Positions 59,735-64,000 of a DNA stretch of 64,000 nucleotides are shown piece after piece. Each line of letters opens with the position of its first letter. Position 1 is the stretch's first letter. Source of the stretch: Narcine bancroftii. Lineage: Eukaryota. Location of the stretch: contig NC_091474.1 in assembly GCF_036971445.1 (NCBI RefSeq), forward strand, positions 137,020,001 to 137,084,000. Direction: 5' to 3'. The notes below the pieces were generated by a model that was given only the letters and a program-made list of their open reading frames with translations, had not been told where the DNA came from and searched no databases. The translations under genes were made by a program, and so were the position numbers.

Positions 59735-60625
59735 TTCTAATCACACTATTGACCCACGAATGCATCACCAGCTCCAGTTCTAACAGAGTCATCAAGTTTG
59801 CAGATGACACATAAGTAGTTGGCCTCATCAGCGACAACGATGAGTTGCAATACAGAGAAGAAGTGGAAAATCTTGTGAAATAAGATTCCTCTTGTGAGAG
59901 GAACGACCTGAGTTTCAACGTGGACAGATGAAGGAGTTGATCATGGACTTAAGTAGGATCAGAAATGAACACCCTCCACAAAAACTCTGTAGTAGAAAGA
60001 TTAATGAGTATCAAGTTCCTTGGAGTTTACTTAACTAGTGAACTATCGTGGACACTCAGGAAGGCACAACAGCCACTGCAATTCCTGAAAAGACTGAAGC
60101 GGGCAAGGTTACTGGCCACCATTATGTCAACCTTCTATAGGAACTTTATCGAGAATGTCCGAGCCAGCTTCATCACAGTGTGGTACAGTGGCTGCAGAGA
60201 AATAGATCGGAGGTTAATCCACAGGACCATAAGAATGGTAGACAGGATCACTGGAGTCTCTCTCTCCCCATTAACGTGATCTACTGGGGTTGATTTCAAG
60301 AGGGCACACAAAATCATTGAGGACCCTTTTCACCCTGTACACAGCATCTTTCATCTGCTCCCATTGGGGAAGTGATACAGGAGTATCAGAGCCAGCATCA
60401 CTAGGCTGAGGAGAATGAGAATGCTAAACAGTCAAAGGAACTACTCACACTAATCATCCAAGACTCTCATATGTACAAAATATATATTTGTTTGTATAGA
60501 TGAAATACTGCCCTGCATATGTGTTGTTTGTCTGAATGTGCGTTATGTCTGGTTGTATGTCTGCATGTTTTGCACCGAGGACTGGAGAATGCTGTTTCGT
60601 CGGGTTGTACTTGTACAATCAGAGG
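59735..60625 (+). mobile_element. Rex1/Babar-like LINE 3' part, nested in a CR1 fragment
   Basis: KFADDT, IKFLGV, KAQQPLQFLKRLKR, FITVWY (59965-60279); CR1 sequence on both sides. Confidence 0.75.
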
Positions 60626-62942
60626 AAAGACTAGATGGGCTGGGTTTGTTTTCCTTGGAGCAGAAGAAGATGCGTGGGTGCCCTAACAGGTCAAGAAAAT
60701 TATGAGGCACACAGATAGTGGATAGTGAAAAATTTACCCCTTAATGGAGTTACCTAAAATCAGAGGGCATAGGTTTTTGCTGAGGAGTAAGAGGGCAAGA
60801 GAGGATTTCTTTCATGCAGTGGGTGGTTACCTAGTAACAGTACAACACAGGATTAGGTCTTTCAGTCCACCATCTCTGCCTGGATCATAACAATCTCATT
60901 GATTCCATCTACCTGCACATAGTCTATTCTTTGACTTTTCAATGACCTGTCTAAATGCCTCCTGAACATTGCTCTTGTATCTGGCAGCACATTGCATGGA
61001 TCAACCACTACACTGAACATACTGGTACTTTTGACAATGGGAACACTACATAAAAATGTTCCATGTTTGCAGCTGGAGTCTTTCTTCAACTTTCACTTAA
61101 TCATGTGATCCAATAATAAAGTCAATCTAAGATCTGGTTATTAACCAGTCACCTTTTTGGGAAATTTTCTTATTATGACACTGCCTGTAAAATGATCCCT
61201 AATATCATATATTTCTGCTTCTCATGCTCCTTAATGTTTGCAAGAGGATGCCTTTATTAAATCCATCAGCTTCACTTTCAGTAATTCCAATTTTTCTGTG
61301 GCTTCTGCCTTTTAACAGAGTTCAATTGAAATTTCATTTTCTAGCCATGTCTCTCACTGGTAGTCTTGAACTAATCAGCTTATTTTATTTGCCAATCATT
61401 GTTTCAAAGATATCTTTAATACTTTGTTTGCACATATATCACACAAGATTATACTTAGCACAAATGATAATGATTTCCTTTGCACTCCTACCTTGGAAGC
61501 CATCATTAGCTGTGTAAGAATATGAAATAGAAGAGGACAAGATAAGTAATTATAATTATTAAAGACTCTCAGAAAAAGCTCAGACAGAGGAACAAGCACA
61601 ATGTTTGTTCTTTGAATGTGGATTTCCCTGGATCAATTTTCAGATTAGAGGTAAGATCACAGCATTCAAAAGAGCTAGAATGGTAACTATTGTAAACTGT
61701 TAGCCAACTAAGTGAACTAGAAATAAATTCTCAGGATGCATCCTAGTCTGGTTTTTGGACCCCTGTTAACACACAAGCCTTGTTTTACTGACTTATCCTG
61801 AAGGACAGCAACTGGAGTGGTGTAGCTCTTCCTTGTTTCCAACAAGACATTCAAGACTCTAGGGTACAAATGACAAAGAAGACATGCATTCAGCATCAAA
61901 AATCCTTGTGTCACATACACTTGATTAAGTGCCAGGAATGAGTACAGCTCCATTTTCTGGTTGGGATGAGAGGAGTGATACTGAAGGAGGGGCAGTGTTG
62001 AAGGAATGTGAATTTGTCCATTTTAGAAACCACCACTTTGTTTGGACTATTTTATAAGCGACCTGATGAATCATCAATAATTTTATCCATCTTTGTCTAT
62101 GAGCCAGTCTAGATCTGCAAGCTAGTTTCTCCACTGCTGGATGGCAAGCACTTTCATCTGTTCATACTCTCCATATTTCCTTGAAATACACAAGGAAGGT
62201 GTGAAATTTTCTTCATTGGTCTGGAACTGCTTGCTTGCTAGGGTTGTAGAAACAGAGCTATCAAATCAGGGGTTTCATGGTGGAATTGAATGGGCAGTGA
62301 TGGAGTAGAATTGACAGGATTGTTTCAATGTGAGCATGGACTCTTCGGTCTCACTGGAGGTAAAAAGATTTTATATTCTAATTGAAAATTCAAGATTCTT
62401 TTATTGTCATGTAATATTACCTTCTGCCTGCCATAAGGGTCGCCATTGGTGTCACTGAGTACCCTTTACAGTAAGAAAGAAAGATAAACATGAATTCCTG
62501 ACAAAATATCATGCATTTCCATTCAGAATTTGCTGATGACCATCTTATTATTATATTTTCCATTTTGTGCTTCCAATTTCCCCAACTGTAACTCTCCTAT
62601 TCCCTTAAGAAAACATCTCTATAATAACACAATCAAACCAATGAGGCAGCATGCCACTAGCCAGGCCAACCAGCCCCATTTGCTATCCACGCAGCAGGGC
62701 AGCCGGCCAAAATGGCACTGTTGGGGGTTTTCCCTTCTTCTCAGCACTGGGCTCAGAAGCCTGCGATGGGAGACCACGTGACGCCCGAGTGACGTCGGCA
62801 CCCCCCAGCGTGGTTCTCAGCCAGGTCCGGGCTGGGAGTATAAGTCCTGCCCAGCAGCCAGCAATAAACCAGTTTTCTGCTTACTAAGCTCAACCCGTCT
62901 GGTTGTGTGTTCTTTCAGTAGCAGTGTAGCTGCCGCTACAAT

Positions 62943-62955
62943 TGGTGACCCCGAC
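62943..62955 (+). promoter_or_regulatory. Primer-binding site complementary to the tRNA-Trp 3' end
   Basis: TGGTGACCCCGAC, 2 nt after the LTR end. Confidence 0.85.
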
Positions 62956-63662
62956 TGGTTCAAATGTCTTTGAACCCAACATGAGTGAACCTGGGATCTG
63001 TGCTATAGCCGTCAAGCTGCCTGACTTCTGGGTTCAGGAGCCGGAGACCTAGTTCGGCCATGCGGAAGTTCAGTATTACCTCTGCCAGATTTCGTCTGAC
63101 ACAACCAAATTCTACCATGTGGTCGCTGCCCTGGACCAGGTCACTGCCAAATGTGTGCTGCACCTCGTTCAGCATTGGCCCGCCAAAGACAAATACAGGT
63201 CCATCAAGTGAGTGCTCACTGGATCCCTCGGACTATCCAGGCGTCAGCGTGCTGCTTGGATGGTGCACCTCGACACCTTGGGGGACAGGTCCCCAGTGGA
63301 GCTGATGGATGAGATGCTCGCACTCATGGGTGATCACACCAACTGCCCACTCTTTGAGCGAATTTTCCTTGACCATCAGCCCGACGACATCCGGCCATTA
63401 CTGGCCCAAGAGAGCTTTACCGACCCGAGGAAAGTTGCTCAGAAGGCCCAAGTGCTATGGCTCAAGTGATTCCCAGAGGGCTCGGTGGTCCAGCAAGTCA
63501 TGAGGCATGGGCATGACCACACCAAGCCTGACCCTAGCACTGCGGTAGAACACCCGGCCCCTGCAGGGGCCACCAGGAGCATAACCAGGGGCACAGCATC
63601 TGCTTCTACCACCAGCACTGGGGAGCCAAGGCTCGTAAGTGTTGTCAGCCCTGCTCATTCCA

Positions 63663-63710
63663 GGGAAACAAGCAGGCCGGCCGCTGTTAATGGCTGTGGA
63701 GGCTGGCCAA
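63663..63710 (+). promoter_or_regulatory. -1 ribosomal frameshift site (G GGA AAC) with downstream stem
   Basis: gag frame ends FQGNKQAGRC*; the -1 frame continues GKQAGRPLLMAVE...FLVDTGA; ggccggcc / ggctggcc can pair. Confidence 0.8.
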
Positions 63711-64000
63711 GGACACAGCCTCCTCTACCTCCAGGACTCAGTCAGCGGCTGGCGCTTCCTCGTCGACACAGGGGCCCAGATCAGCATCATCCCAGCCACG
63801 GCCTTTGAGTCCAGGAACCGACCTCGAGGACCTCCCCTCCATGTGGCCAATGCAACAGAGATCTGGACATATGGGAACAAGACAGTCCACTTCCAGATCA
63901 GCCGGCAAAAGTTCTCATGGAGTTTCACCGTCTTGTCCCTTCCAACCGCCATCCTGGGTGCCGACTTCCTCCTCGCCCACGGCCTCCTGGTGGACATTCG

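Larger units (their letters stand above)
62620..64000 (+). mobile_element. Gypsy element F, CsRn1-like lineage, running off the window end
   Basis: LTR about 62620-62940 (TATA, AATAAA, ...CTACA); tRNA-Trp PBS; gag from 62981 with AVKLPDFWVQEPE, LGDRSPVELMDEM and CFYHQHWGAKARKCCQPC (CHCC); protease FLVDTGAQISIIP, ILGADFL. Confidence 0.9.

Noticed and set aside
61700-62230. Coding-looking stretch with short ORFs
   Set aside because: No motif recognised and frames are interrupted; cannot distinguish an old TE from unique DNA

Overview
Eukaryotic, repeat-dominated genomic DNA with no confidently identifiable host gene. The repeat set (HE1/V-SINE-like tRNA SINEs, CR1, Rex1/Babar-like and Penelope relics) suggests a cartilaginous fish; this is an inference. 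Main elements: a full-length decayed L1 (1665-8284, -) with a 14-bp TSD and a nested RTE; four copies or fragments of a young RTE LINE; five Gypsy elements plus a solo LTR, mostly in two nests (9321-16911 and 45958-51444) with one stand-alone copy (21475-26431); a CsRn1-type Gypsy at the right edge (tRNA-Trp PBS, CHCC gag, GGGAAAC -1 frameshift site); and hAT-type elements with 8-bp TSDs. Most ORFs in the track are TE fragments or their antisense shadows. The most interesting signal: three Gypsy copies have no tRNA PBS. Their 22-30 nt leader is instead complementary to the AATAAA region of their own LTR, with a compensatory change between related copies, suggesting self-priming and/or masking of the 5'-LTR poly(A) signal. 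Also notable are a Gypsy flanked by a 175-bp duplication instead of a 5-bp TSD, and a TSD-flanked RTE insertion containing only the 5' part of the element. All alignments were done by eye; no database search was possible.
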